Assembly (NCBI RefSeq): GCF_006345805.1 | Contig: NC_043000.1 | Coordinates: forward strand, 83,390,001-83,454,000 | Direction: 5' to 3' | Source: Octopus sinensis | Taxonomy: Eukaryota | Length of the DNA stretch: 64,000 nucleotides | Part shown: piece by piece, positions 52,782 to 64,000 of the stretch | Position numbering within the stretch: position 1 is the stretch's first letter | Layout of the letters: every line of letters begins with the position of its first letter | The notes under the pieces: model-generated | Database searches by the model: none | Seen by the model: the letters and a program-made list of their open reading frames with translations, nothing else | Told to the model about the DNA's origin: nothing | Program-made: the position numbers and the translations under genes

Positions 52782-52987
52782 GGCGCAGGAGTGGCTGTGT
52801 GGTAAGTAGCTTCTTACCAGCCACATGGCCCCGGGTTCAGTCTCACTGCGTGGCACGGTGGGCAAGTATCTTCTACTATAGCTTCGGGCTGACCAAAGCC
52901 TTGTGAGTGGATTTGGTAGGCGGAAACTGAAAGAAGCCCGTCGTATACATATATATATATATATATATATAATATATATATATATAC
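52782..52987 (+). mobile_element. SINE family A, 5' half
   Basis: Intact head up to the central (TA)n, where the PLE-like foldback begins. Confidence 0.9.
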
Positions 52988-53017
52988 GCGAGAAAGAAGC
53001 AACAAGAATGGATAGGT

Positions 53018-53106
53018 TTTTAGTACAATCGTTTCATACAAGGACAGGCTATTAAAAGTTGTAAAAATTACAGCATATAAACGTGTCCCGTACTCATCAG
53101 CTAAAA
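53018..53106 (-). ncRNA. Type I hammerhead ribozyme with extended stem II
   Basis: Reverse-complement copy of 54429-54519. Confidence 0.75.
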
Positions 53107-54428
53107 TACATGTGAGTTCTCTAGACATCCTAGTGGTTGAGGCTATACTCATGAAGTAATGTAGATAATTGAGTAACATAAACAGATTTCCAAAGTTCAT
53201 TAAAGTTCTTTAAAGATGATGTACAGTCTTATCACAGAATTTTTAAAAAGTTCTAATAGCATCACAGAGAAGGTGAACTAATCCATAGAGCAGATATGAA
53301 TTTCCAGAGATATGATGAGGGATTACATACTCACAGAAGACAAATTTATCCATTGTTAATCACAACGAGGTGGGTCTCAATTCCTGCTTATTAGCATTAC
53401 AGAGAGGGTGAATTAATCCTTTGTATAGATACACAATTTCCAATGGTGTAGATGTAAGTTTCCAGAGAAATGAAGAGGAATTTCATATTCACAGGCGATA
53501 AATTTATCAATGGTTGAACAAATGAGGTAGGTATCAATTCTTGTTATATGATTAGGTATTTGCCACATTAATCACATTACTGCTATTACAAGAGGCTGTA
53601 GCTATTACTTATAAAGGCTGAAGGGCCTTCTGGAGAGGCCAAGAATAGAAAGGGAAGGGAATAGAAGAAAAGAGAGAAAATAAGGGGGAGGGAGCAAAAA
53701 AGGGGGGGAAGAGGACTAAAAGAGAAGAGAAAAGGAAAAAGAGAATAAGAAGAGAACGAAAAAAAAAAGAGAAAAGAGAAAGAAATAGGAAAGAAGGGGA
53801 AAAATATAAAATAAAAAAGAGGTTCTAGTTATCCAGAAGAATTAGTAGACGGCAAGTCTGGTTATATTTACAGGCATCTATGAACTAGAGGAGAATATTA
53901 TTCTTTGGCCAGTAAACAGTTAATTTATTGCTGTTGAAATCAGCTATGAATTAAAGAGAATCTAAAGAGATAACACAGTCAGGGGTTAGGGGTCAGATGC
54001 TAAAATCAAAAGAAAATTGTGTTCAACCATTGATAAATTTATCGCCTGTGAATATGAAATTCCTCTTCATTTCTCTGGAAACTTACATCTACACCATTGG
54101 AAATTGTGTATCTATACAAAGGATTATTCACCCTCTCTGTAATGCTAATAAGCAGGAATTGAGACCCACCTCGTTGTGATTAACAATGGATAATTTGTCT
54201 TCTGTGAGTAGTAATCCCTCATCATATCTCTGGAAATTCATATGTGCTCTATGGATTAGGTCACCTTCTCTGTGATGCTATTAGAACTTTTTAAAAATTC
54301 TGTGATAAGACTGTACATCATCTTTAAAGAACTTTAATGAACTTTGGAAATCTGTTTATGTACTCAATTATCTACATTACTTATGAGTATAGCCTCAACC
54401 ACTAGGATGTCTAGAGAACTCACATGTA

Positions 54429-54519
54429 TTTTAGCTGATGAGTACGGGACACGTTTATATGCTGTAATTTTTACAACTTTTAATAAAGCCTGTCCTTGTA
54501 TGAAACGATTGTACTAAAA
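54429..54519 (+). ncRNA. Type I hammerhead ribozyme with extended stem II
   Basis: TTTTAG-CTGATGA-G-TACGGGACA-(40 nt)-TGTCCTTGTA-T-GAAAC-GATT-GTA-CTAAAA; stem I TTTTAG/CTAAAA. Confidence 0.75.
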
Positions 54520-54675
54520 ACCTATCCATTTTGTTGCTTCTTTCTCGCTTATAATCACCCACATTACTGTATGTTAAAACAGTATAGTTTTTTTTGGTGC
54601 ATCTAAGTTAGGTACCTTATTCAAGTAAATTCATTTAAATTAACTTGAATCTTTATTGCTTTTTGTATATATATA

Positions 54676-54719
<44 letters not shown>

Positions 54720-55368
54720 TGTATGTATGTATGTATGTAGTATGTATAGTTTGTCTAAATTCACTCATTGTGTGTGTGTGTGTATCAATTTTTGTTCTTT
54801 TTCAGTATATGTGGCTTGTTTCGGTTATTAGGCTGGCATCTTTCTCAATTTGTAGTATCTACAGTCCCCACGGTAGAAACTGAGAGCACTTGGTACAGTA
54901 GGTTCATCAATTTCTCTCAGTATTCGAAGATGTCCACCACCACCGGTGTTTTGACTCTGTCTGCTAGCAGTGTCGTAACACTGATGTCACTCTGCAAGAT
55001 TTCGTAGCCATTTTTTTGTCTTTTGTGATATTCAGTTTAGGTGGAGGAGGAGGGCGGCTATCGTCAATTTAATCAAACATTGCACTTGGTTGGAACTCAC
55101 TGTATCGTCCCCAGAAGAATGAAAGACAAAATTAACATTGATGGAGTTTGAACTCGGACCATAAAGAACTATAACTAGACATCACAGCCCTATCAATTCT
55201 CTCATTTATCAGTTTGGTTATGTTGTAAATATGAACATTTTCGAAGAACACTACTGAACAGCTTCTTAACTCTTTGCCTGTCCAAAGCATTTTCCTACGT
55301 TTGTCCTAAATGTCCATACTTGTTTTCAGACTTTGTTAACCCTTGTTTCATATGTTCTGAGTAGTATT

Positions 55369-55586
55369 CGAGGTGGTGCTGAAAAGTCCCTGGCTTTCTA
55401 TAAAAGAAAATACAGGAGGGTCAGTTAATTATGATTTTATTGAACATATTCCTCTCTCAGGTTCACACACTTATTGCAGCGGTCCTTCAGTTTTTCTAAG
55501 TCCTGTAAAAGAACCTTGAAAGTTTAGATCTCCAACCAGGCCTTTCACGATACTCTTAAAGCCAGGAACTTTTCGGCACCCCCTCG
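55369..55586. mobile_element. Mariner-type MITE
   Basis: TIRs CGAGGTGGTGCTGAAAAGTCCCTGGCTTT / AAAGCCAGGAACTTTTCGGCACCCCCTCG|TA. Confidence 0.88.
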
Positions 55587-55659
55587 TAAAGCTTTCCTTT
55601 CATAAGCCCCAAGTTACTCTGGTGGTTGCAAAAATTAGGAATGTCTGTTATATATGATA

Positions 55660-56165
55660 CAGGTACGTGATTGAGGTAGTGTTTAATTAAAATAGCCATC
55701 TATGTATCATACTTAATGTATATACACCATCGATAGGCCACATATACACACCATCGATATTGCAGTATTTGGCCTGAGATAACATCTCTCATGGTCTTGC
55801 TATGTTAAAAACCATAAATACCGGAGAGAGATGAAAATTCACCTCCATCAGCGGACAACGTGAGCGCCAGGTACATTTCGGCTTTTTGGGGATCTTTTCA
55901 ATAGTGCGTACGTACAGCCAGTCATATGCTCGGTCAAGAAATCGTCATTTCTGAGACAGGAATACGTGAATAAACCATTCTCTGATTTTGCGAACAACCG
56001 CCCGGCGGATAAAAAATCCTAAAAAAACGTCTCTTATAGACTTGGGACGAATTTTCGTCTCTCTAATATTTATTGTGTTAACACAGCAAGTCCATAAGAG
56101 ATGTTGTCTCAGGAGATACACAGAAGGCTATTTTAATCAAATACGGCCTCAGTTGCGTATAGTGG
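55660..56165. mobile_element. Old long-TIR MITE family; further copies at ~56220-56480 and ~58000-58815
   Basis: 55772-55820 inverted to 56067-56113; 55666-55697 inverted to 56126-56159; reverse-strand homology to 58465-58810. Confidence 0.7.
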
Positions 56166-57433
56166 ACTTTTAATCAGCCAGGAGGCTATTTGCAGCATTA
56201 ATGAACATTTTATCCACTTTTTTCCATATCAGAGACGACGAGCATGCAACTAGCTGCAAGTACGGGCCATTGAAAAGGTTCAAAAAGGCTGAAATACGTC
56301 TGGTGCTCTCGGTGGAAGCTGATGGGATGAATTTTGATATCTCTCCTATATTTATTGTGTCTTTAACGTAGCAAAATCTATAAGAAATGTTACCAGGACA
56401 AATACTGCAGTAACTGGCCCTTCATTAGTGTAAATACATTGAATATAATATATTGATGGTTATGTTAATTTGATGATATATGGACTGATTTCAAGGAGAT
56501 GCTAGATGTAACATAAAGAGATTAGTTGACAAAGTAGCAATAAAGAAATGTAAGTTGACTTGAAATGGTTTGATCCCAGGACTAAGAAGGACCAAACTAA
56601 AAACAGCAACGCATTTACTTCGACGCTCTGTTTTCCCCTAACTTACCTCCTTTATATATATATATATGGCAGTTGAAATGAATAGGAAATGCATTTATGT
56701 CGTCTTACCACCTCTTTGTAGTTACACGTGTGAAATGTCAGAAACTTTGAACCATTTGATGAGATTTTTCAACAGATTTTTCAAACCAGTTTTGTTTATA
56801 TTTCACGTGTGTCTTTTGTGTAACATTTATAGATTCATCGATGCTGTGCAGAATGCAAATAAAGAATAAACTGATCTAAATTTAAACAGTGCCGAAACAG
56901 AAATGTTGTGTTACTGTTTGTTCACAAAGATCTTTTCAGCTGAAGTACATTCGACATGCATCCAAATTTTCATACGTGATGATGTTATCATGATCTTCGC
57001 TGGAGCATGGGAAAGCATAACTAATATATGGCACCTGGGTTAGTTCAACATACGATTAAAATTAGAAGCATACTTGTTTTTCAAGTTGTAATAGCTATTT
57101 TATAAGCTCTGATAAATATTAGGTCGGAAAGATCCAATATTTTGTCTGAGAAAAAACATAGTACCCCGTGCGTGAAACAAATAGAACATTAAGTATGCCA
57201 AATCTTACAGTGTCCTAAAACTTATACATTAGGCACAGGCGTGTCTGTGTTGGAAGAGCTTTACTTCTCAACTACATGGTTCCGGGTTCAGTCCCACTGC
57301 GTGACACATTGAGGCACGAAAAGAGAATGACTCTCCCCAGACACAACAGAATTTGCTTCAACACACGAACTCACATAAAGAATCTTGCAAACCAAATCCC
57401 AAAACGAAATTTATTAGCTATTTTTTTCAATTA

Positions 57434-57601
57434 GGCGTAGGAGTGAATGTGTGGTAAGTAGCTTGCTTACCAACCACATGGTTCTGGGTTCAGTCCCACT
57501 GCGTGGCACCTTGGGCAAGTGTCTTCTACTATATCCTCGGGCCGACCAAAGCCTTGTGAGTGGTTTTGGTAGACGGAAACTGAAAGAAGCTTATTCTGTG
57601 T

Positions 57602-57652
<51 letters not shown>

Positions 57653-57846
57653 TGTTTGTCCACCACCTCTGTTTGACAACCGGTATTGGTGTATTTATGT
57701 CCCCGGAGGATTATGTTACCAACAGAATAAGTACCAGGCTTTAAAAAGAGTGCTTTAGAAATTCGTTCGACTAAAATCACTTCGAGGTGGTGCTCCAGCA
57801 TGGCCGCAGTCTAATGACTGAAACAGGTAAAAGACAAGATAAAAGA
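57434..57846 (+). mobile_element. Full-length SINE family A (extra 5' fragment at 57232-57310)
   Basis: Head to tail homology with the other A copies. Confidence 0.92.
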
Positions 57847-58064
57847 TCTCTACTCTCTATGTTATTAGAAGTAATATTTAGTTTCTCAGAAATATAAAAC
57901 GAACTTTTTATCATTTTCAATAAGTAAACCTTTGCCTGTTCTGATAGGCTTGTTACTTCAGTATTTTTCCAAAGGTAACATTTCTTTGTTCAGAAGACTT
58001 TCTGTGTGAACAAAACAATAAGTATTAGAAAGACGAAAATTCGTCCCAAATCTACAAAAGATGT

Positions 58065-58440
58065 AACCCTAACCCTAACCCTAAAACCCTAACCCTAACC
58101 CTAACCCTAAAACGCTAACCCTAAAACCCTAACCCTAACCCTAAAACCTTAAAACCCGTACAAACGCATGAGCGATGTCATAAATAACAGTGACAAACGA
58201 AAAATACACCGCCGATAGTTGTTGACAAATTTTATTCAGTTGAATACACGTCCTTGATTGGTTAAAATTACCGAAATACGAGAGAACTTTAGGTGAAATT
58301 ACTTCGTAAATATAAGTTTTTCTCAAAAATGCTAAGAGTAAAACATATTTTATATGACACTTTCTACCAGTGTCCGAAGTTTGAAAGTGTTTAGTTACCA
58401 AAAATTATTTTTAAATCTGTCAGTCAAAGGGTAAAGATCC
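58065..58440 (-). mobile_element. Merlin-like MITE, partial, with telomere-like tract
   Basis: Ends GGGTAAAGATCC; CCCTAA/CCCTAAAA tract at 58065-58155; homologous to 19741. Confidence 0.8.
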
Positions 58441-59049
58441 TATAACAATATCTCTTTCAACACGTCAGGGCTTTTAATCCGCCGGGCTGCTGTTCTTAAC
58501 ATCAGTGAATGCTTTATCCATGTTTTCCTGTATCAGAAAATGCGAATTCTCCACCGAGCATGAGACTGACTACGAGTATACACCATTGAAAAGAACCCCC
58601 TAAAAAGCAGAAAAACATCTGGCGCTCTGGTTGGCTGTTACTGGGGCAAACCTTCATCTCACTCTGACATTTATTGTTTATAACACAGCAAGTGCACAAG
58701 AGATGTTATCTCAGGACAACAACAGCAATATCTCACCTATTGACAGTGTGTATTCATAAAATAGAATACGTAGATGGTTATATTAATTTAACAGTGCCTC
58801 AGTTGCGTATAAGGCATTCATAAAATTAGCATATTTAATGACGGGAACAATAAAAGGAAATATATGTTACGTGAGAAACAATAGCTTATATTTTTTACGT
58901 TTTTCGTCTAGTAAGTAAGAAAACTCTGACCATCTTCTAACCTAATTATGACATCATAACAGAGACAGACTCATAAACCATTACATATTACTAATGTAAT
59001 TGAGAAAAGCATGAGCATCTCAAATTCCTATTCCCTCTAGAATTATTAA

Positions 59050-59200
59050 ATTTTGGCACAAGGCCAGAGATTTCAAGAGAGGGTTAAGTCGATTACATAA
59101 ACCCCCGTGATCAATTAGTACTTATTTTATCGACCCCGGAAGAATGAAGGGTAAAATCAACCCCGGCGGAATTGAACTCAGAACGTAACGACATTTTGCC
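59050..59200 (-). mobile_element. SINE family B, short-tail type
   Basis: Core and tail homology to 5045-5197. Confidence 0.75.
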
Positions 59201-59297
59201 CAGTGTGATGATGGTGGTGGTCGTGGTGGACATGGAGGTGATGGTAGTGGTGAATGGATAGGGAAAAGTGTATTTTTTTAAACTAAAGTTTTTTATA

Positions 59298-59678
59298 TCA
59301 CCTATCATTTAACGCATGCGCATAAATGCAATTCCGTGAAATATTCAAACTTATTTAGGTGGCAGATATACGCAATTTAACTAAAGGTTGTATCATATGT
59401 ACGGGATTTTTTTTGTGTGGGAAAATAAGAATGAATATTTGTTTTATAAGTACTGTGTCTATAAAATTGTGCATAAAGTATATAAAATGTATATATAAAG
59501 TGCATTATGTAATCATTGTATTCCAATTTCTTTCACTTTTCAATGAGTAGCAGATGAGCGACTGTCTTTCCATACAGACACAACACAGGCTACGTATTCA
59601 GGCTTTTTGGATAAAGTTTTCAGAAATAACCTAATAGGTTTACTATTAATTCCGCGAAATATTCACGAGTCCTGCTAG
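59298..59678 (+). mobile_element. Non-autonomous Helitron-like element
   Basis: A|TCACCTATCATTTAACGC start; CGCGAA-ATA-TTCACG hairpin then CTGCTAG|T. Confidence 0.55.
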
Positions 59679-59703
59679 TTATTATTATCATTATTATTAT
59701 TAT

Positions 59704-61165
59704 TCAGTAGTTTTATTTTTATAGCGTGCTTTCACTTCACTACCGAGCGCAGCTCTGTGTGCCTTGGGTATGTGCTGTGATTTGTTGTGATGCTCTGATG
59801 GTTATTGTATGGAAAGTGTTCTGCGTAGGATGTGTGCAGTGCCTAGTACTGCAATTTTTGTATGTTATATGTGTTTGTAAGTCCTGGTGTTTTTGTTATG
59901 TATTGTTGTCTGAATATTTTTTTATCATGCTAATGCACCTACTATGATAGGAATTGTTTCTGTTTTTAGATTCCACATTCTGGTTACCTCTATTTCCAGG
60001 TCTTTGTATTTTGAAAGTTTCTCCATTTCTTTTAGAGACACGTTGTCATCAGCCGGTATTGATACATCAATTAGAAAGCATTTTTTTTCTTCATGATCTT
60101 TGAGAACTATACTGGTCTGTTGGCCTTAATTTCTCTATCTGTGTGTATCGGCATATCCCAGAGTATGGTTGCTTTCTCGTTTTCTGTGACCTTTTTGGTG
60201 TGTGCCTATACCATCTTTTTTTCTTGTTATTCCATAATGTTGGCATAGCTTCCAATGTATGTAGGTTCCAACTCTGTCATGTCTGTGAATATATTCCTTC
60301 TTAGCCAGGACTGGGCAGCAAGAGATAATATGATTTATTGTTTCTTGTCCATCTCCACATATTCTGCAGTTACTTGTTATATTTCTTTTCATTACATGTT
60401 TTTGGTAATTTCTGGTGGGGAGGCTTTGGTCTTGTGGCTGCAATTAAAAATCCCTCTGTCTCTGCTTTGAGTCCTGAGCTTCTCAACCATTGCTGGGATT
60501 TTTCTTTGTCTATTTCTTTTGCGTTTAGTTTAGTCCAGTATTACCATGAAGGGGCTTTTCTTGCCATCGTTTTATCATGGTTCGCTGCTGTTCTATTTTA
60601 GTTTGGATTTCATTTGTTTATAGCTTTTGTGTTTTTCTTCTTCTTATTCTTCTTCTTCTTCTTCTTCTCTTTTCTTATTCTTCTTCTTCTTATTCTTCTT
60701 CTCTTCTTCTTCTTCTTCTTCTTCTTCTTCTCTTCTTCTTCTTCTTCTTCTTCTTCTTCTTCTTCTTCTTTTCTTCTTCTTCTTCTTCTTCTTTCTTCTT
60801 CTTCTTCTTCTTCTTCTTCTTCTTCTTCTTCTTCTTCTTCTCTTCTTCTTCTTCTTTCTTCTTCTTCTTCTTCTTCTTCTTCTTCTTCATCATCATATTT
60901 ATTAGGTGGTATGATTTCTTGTTTGTATTTGTCAGCTTCCTTAAATACCGAGAACAGTTTTTTGTTTTGCTCGTGTTTTGCCGCTATTTGTATCAATTTT
61001 CCTTCCTTCTGAAGTAGATATTTTTGCAATCCTATGGTGGTTATTTTATAGTAGTTTTCCAGTTGAATAAGGTCTCTACCACCTTCTATACGTTGTATAT
61101 ATAGTCTTTCTATGTCAGATTTTGGGTGATGCATCCTAGATCCTGTCATTATTTTTCTTGTTTTC
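59704..61165 (-). pseudogene. Dong/R4-clade LINE 3' end (CCHC finger and RLE endonuclease)
   Basis: MHHPKSDIERLYIQRIEGGR, QDQSLPTRNY, CRICGDGQETINHIISCC, RHDRV, FLIDVSIPADDNVSLKEMEKLSKY; (TTA)n on both flanks. Confidence 0.93.
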
Positions 61166-61843
61166 CTATCTTATTATTATTATTATTATTATTTCTATCT
61201 TATTATTATTATTATTATTATTATTATTGTTGTTGTTGTTGTTGTTGTTGTTTTGTTGTTGTTGGTGGTGGTGGTGGTGGTGGTGGTGGTGGTGGTGTTG
61301 TTGTTGTTACTATTTAGTTTTATTTCTAGATTTCTGGCCAATGGAGACAGTCGGTTTCTAACCTAGATCTAATGTTCCAATAACATCAACAGGGTATTGA
61401 TGCATGTTTGTGTGCATATGTGCAAGTATTCGAAGTCAGAGCATGTACAGGTCTGTAAGTTTTGTTTTATGTATGTATACATAAATAGATGCACATTTAT
61501 ACGTGCACATGTACTTAAATGTTAATTTGAGGCGGGGAGGGTTTTACGTATATTTACAGTTCTATTCATGGCTTGTGTTTGTAATATTCTAATTAGCTTT
61601 CTCTTTTCTGGTTTTGGTAACTGTAATTTGTCAAGATTGGTGCTGAGGCATTTTGTTACATATCCTAATGGCTAGTAAATACAGCTATGTATGTATGTAT
61701 GTATGTATGTAGGTATGTATGTATGTATGTATGTATGTATGCATGTATGTATGTATGTATGCATGCATGCATGCATGCATGCATGCATGTATGTATGGAT
61801 GGATGGATGGATGGCGAGAGGGAGGAAGGGGGGGGGGTGATGC

Positions 61844-62040
61844 CTAAAGAGACATCTAAACATGCACAAAAGGCACAACAAAATAACAGATTCAGAACTG
61901 AGACATGTTTGCAATATTTGTGGAAAGTTTTTTTAAGAGTCTCCGGGCTCAAAAGCCATGTCTGTTCTCACTTGAGGAGCCAGCGCTATATTTGTGCTTG
62001 AAGTGGTCAAGCTTTGTTTCAGAGCAGACTAGTTTCATGT
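61844..62040 (+). mobile_element. Probable RTE LINE 3' end with C2H2 finger
   Basis: LKRHLNMH..HVCNICGKF/LRVSGLKSHVCSH (one frameshift), short UTR, (ATGT)n tail. Confidence 0.5.
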
Positions 62041-62283
62041 ATATATGTATGTGAGCATGTGTGCATGCATACATGTATGCACGCATGCGTGCATGTATGT
62101 ATGCACGCACGAGCGCATGTATGTATGTATGTATGTATGTATATATGTATGTCCTGTCTCCAAGATAGAACGCAGATAAAAATACCTAATTTCACTCTTT
62201 ATCGAGATGTGTGTGAGCACTCAAAATATAACCGATTGTGTCTCTGTGTGTGCGTTTGTAGGTGTGTGTGTGTGTGTGTGTGT

Positions 62284-62342
<59 letters not shown>

Positions 62343-62439
62343 GCGATTGTGCATGCATGTATATAAGCACATACACACACGCGTCAACACACATGACTGA
62401 TAAAAGTAAACAATACTTCAGTTTTCAAGATACAGGTAA

Positions 62440-62884
62440 GACTCTACTCCCTGGAGCAAAAGCAGGAGAGGTATGCAGTAATATACATCTGGAAGATCCT
62501 GGAAGGAATTGTGCCAAATTTTGGCATTGAAAGCTACACCAATGCCAGAACTGGTCGACACTGCATAGTGCCAAAGATCCCAGCAATGCCATCGCGTTTC
62601 AGGACCAGTTACTGCAACAGCCTGGGTTTCAGGGGTCCACAGCTTTTTAATATTCTCCCACAGAGCCTTGATTTTTTAAATCAAGGCTCGATCTCTTCCT
62701 GTCGAGAGTCCCAGATGAACCTACCTCACGGCAACAGGTGCAAATGAGGGTAGCTACATCAAACTCCATTCTACATCAAGTGCCATATATTAAAGGAAGA
62801 TCTCAGTTAGTTATAAAAGTGTAGCAAAACGGCGGTGCTCCAGCATGGCCACAGCTATGAGCTGAAACTACAAAAAAAAAAAAA
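62440..62884 (+). pseudogene. CR1-like LINE 3' end
   Basis: ERYAVIYIWKILEGIVPNFG..NSLGFRGPQLFNILP..FKSRLDLFLSRVPDEP..SNSILHQ, then tail GGCGGTGCTCCAGCATGGCCACAG and poly(A). Confidence 0.85.
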
Positions 62885-63057
62885 CTAGGAACAATAAATG
62901 GACTATTTGTTATTGTAGGCTAAAGGGTTTGTATTACTGCACATTAGTCAAAACTTTTTATTGACACTATATTGTTTTCACTAAAATTGCGGGTCAAAAA
63001 AAAAAGATAAAGACAGTGAATTTCAGTATTACACACACACTCACACATGCACGCACA

Positions 63058-63100
<43 letters not shown>

Positions 63101-63509
63101 CGAGTTGTCCTGCGAAACGAGTATAGAGATTGTATATTTAAACATAAACAGCTACTGGAGAAGGAAGTCTAGGCGTGTTGGTCGTAGGTCAGGGAAGAGT
63201 GTTGAAAATTTAGTGTGCGCTGAAAAAGAATGATGAAAAATCTACATTAGAAGAAAGAATGAAGCGGAGAAGATCGTGTTTCTATTATAGGTCAGCGGTC
63301 TGAGTAAAGTGTGTGTGTGTGTGTGCGCGCGAGCGCGTACGTATGTAAACATAATACCCTACTAGGAGAGAGAACGAACTATTTTGTTGATGTAGATGCA
63401 GTAAAACAAGTTTGGAGAAAGTGACCGGGTGTCAGTAACATACTTTGTGTTTGTGTGTGTTTGTGTGTGCTTGTGCCTGTGTGTGTCTGTCTGCCTGTCT
63501 GTGCGCGCG

Positions 63510-63547
<38 letters not shown>

Positions 63548-63631
63548 ACTTTTTGAAAAGGAGAGTTGTTCGTTAAGGCCTGTGAATGAAGTGGTGCCGA
63601 GGGTGAAGAGAAGTGCAGACTGAATTATGAT

Positions 63632-63990
63632 ATGGCAGAATTGTTAGCACGCAGGGCAAAATGTTTAACGGCATTTCGTTCGTCTTTACGTTTTGAGTTC
63701 AAATTCCGCCGTGGTCGACTTTAGTTTTATCCTTTCGGGGGTCGATAAAATAAGTACCTTCTCCCGAAATTGCAGGCCTTGTGCCAAAAAATTTGAAATC
63801 ATTATTCGTGAGTGTAAGACGGTTAGCTGGCAGAAACGTTAACAGGTTGGACAAAATGCTTAGCGACATTTCTTTCGTTTTTTTTACGTTTTGAGTTCAA
63901 ATTCCGCCAAGATCGGCTTTGCCTTTTATCCTTTCAAGTACTGGAGTCGATATCATTGACTTACCTCATCCCCCAAAATTGCTGGGCTTT
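63632..63990 (+). mobile_element. Two tandem SINE family B copies
   Basis: 63632-63800 and 63817-63990, each with head tggcagaa and the core. Confidence 0.85.
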
Positions 63991-64000
63991 AGTTAAAATT

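Larger units (their letters stand above)
52988..54548. mobile_element. Penelope-like foldback: ~530-bp inverted arms, ~500-bp spacer
   Basis: 52988-53520 is the near-exact reverse complement of 54020-54548; each arm has a hammerhead. Confidence 0.85.

Noticed and set aside
58065-58155. True telomere or fusion site
   Set aside because: Short, degenerate and internal to a MITE.
61844-61975. Host C2H2 zinc-finger gene exon
   Set aside because: About 1.5 fingers, no TGEKP linker, frameshifted, followed by a microsatellite tail; better explained as a LINE end.

Overview
AT-rich, repeat-saturated eukaryotic DNA. The repeat families and the density of (TA)n/(CA)n/(TATG)n/(TAA)n microsatellites suggest a coleoid cephalopod, probably Octopus (inference). 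I see no intact host gene. Nearly all ORF-track entries are microsatellite artefacts or transposon debris. Recognisable content: two abundant tRNA-derived SINE families; Dong/R4, CR1, RTE, Tx1/L1 and Penelope-like (PLE) fragments; four copies of one LTR family (two are solo LTRs with 4-bp TSDs); two CsRn1-type Gypsy remnants; a full-length dead IR/DR Tc1 element; pogo/Tigger, mariner, hAT and Merlin-like MITEs; three short Helitron-like elements; a ~170/690-bp higher-order repeat; and a 29-bp minisatellite derived from LINE coding sequence. The most notable signal is a set of type I hammerhead ribozyme motifs in short PLE-like elements (13800, 47633, 53018, 54429, plus degenerate ones), including a 1.56-kb foldback with a long-stem-II hammerhead on each strand. 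All calls were made by eye, so boundaries of degenerate repeats are approximate.
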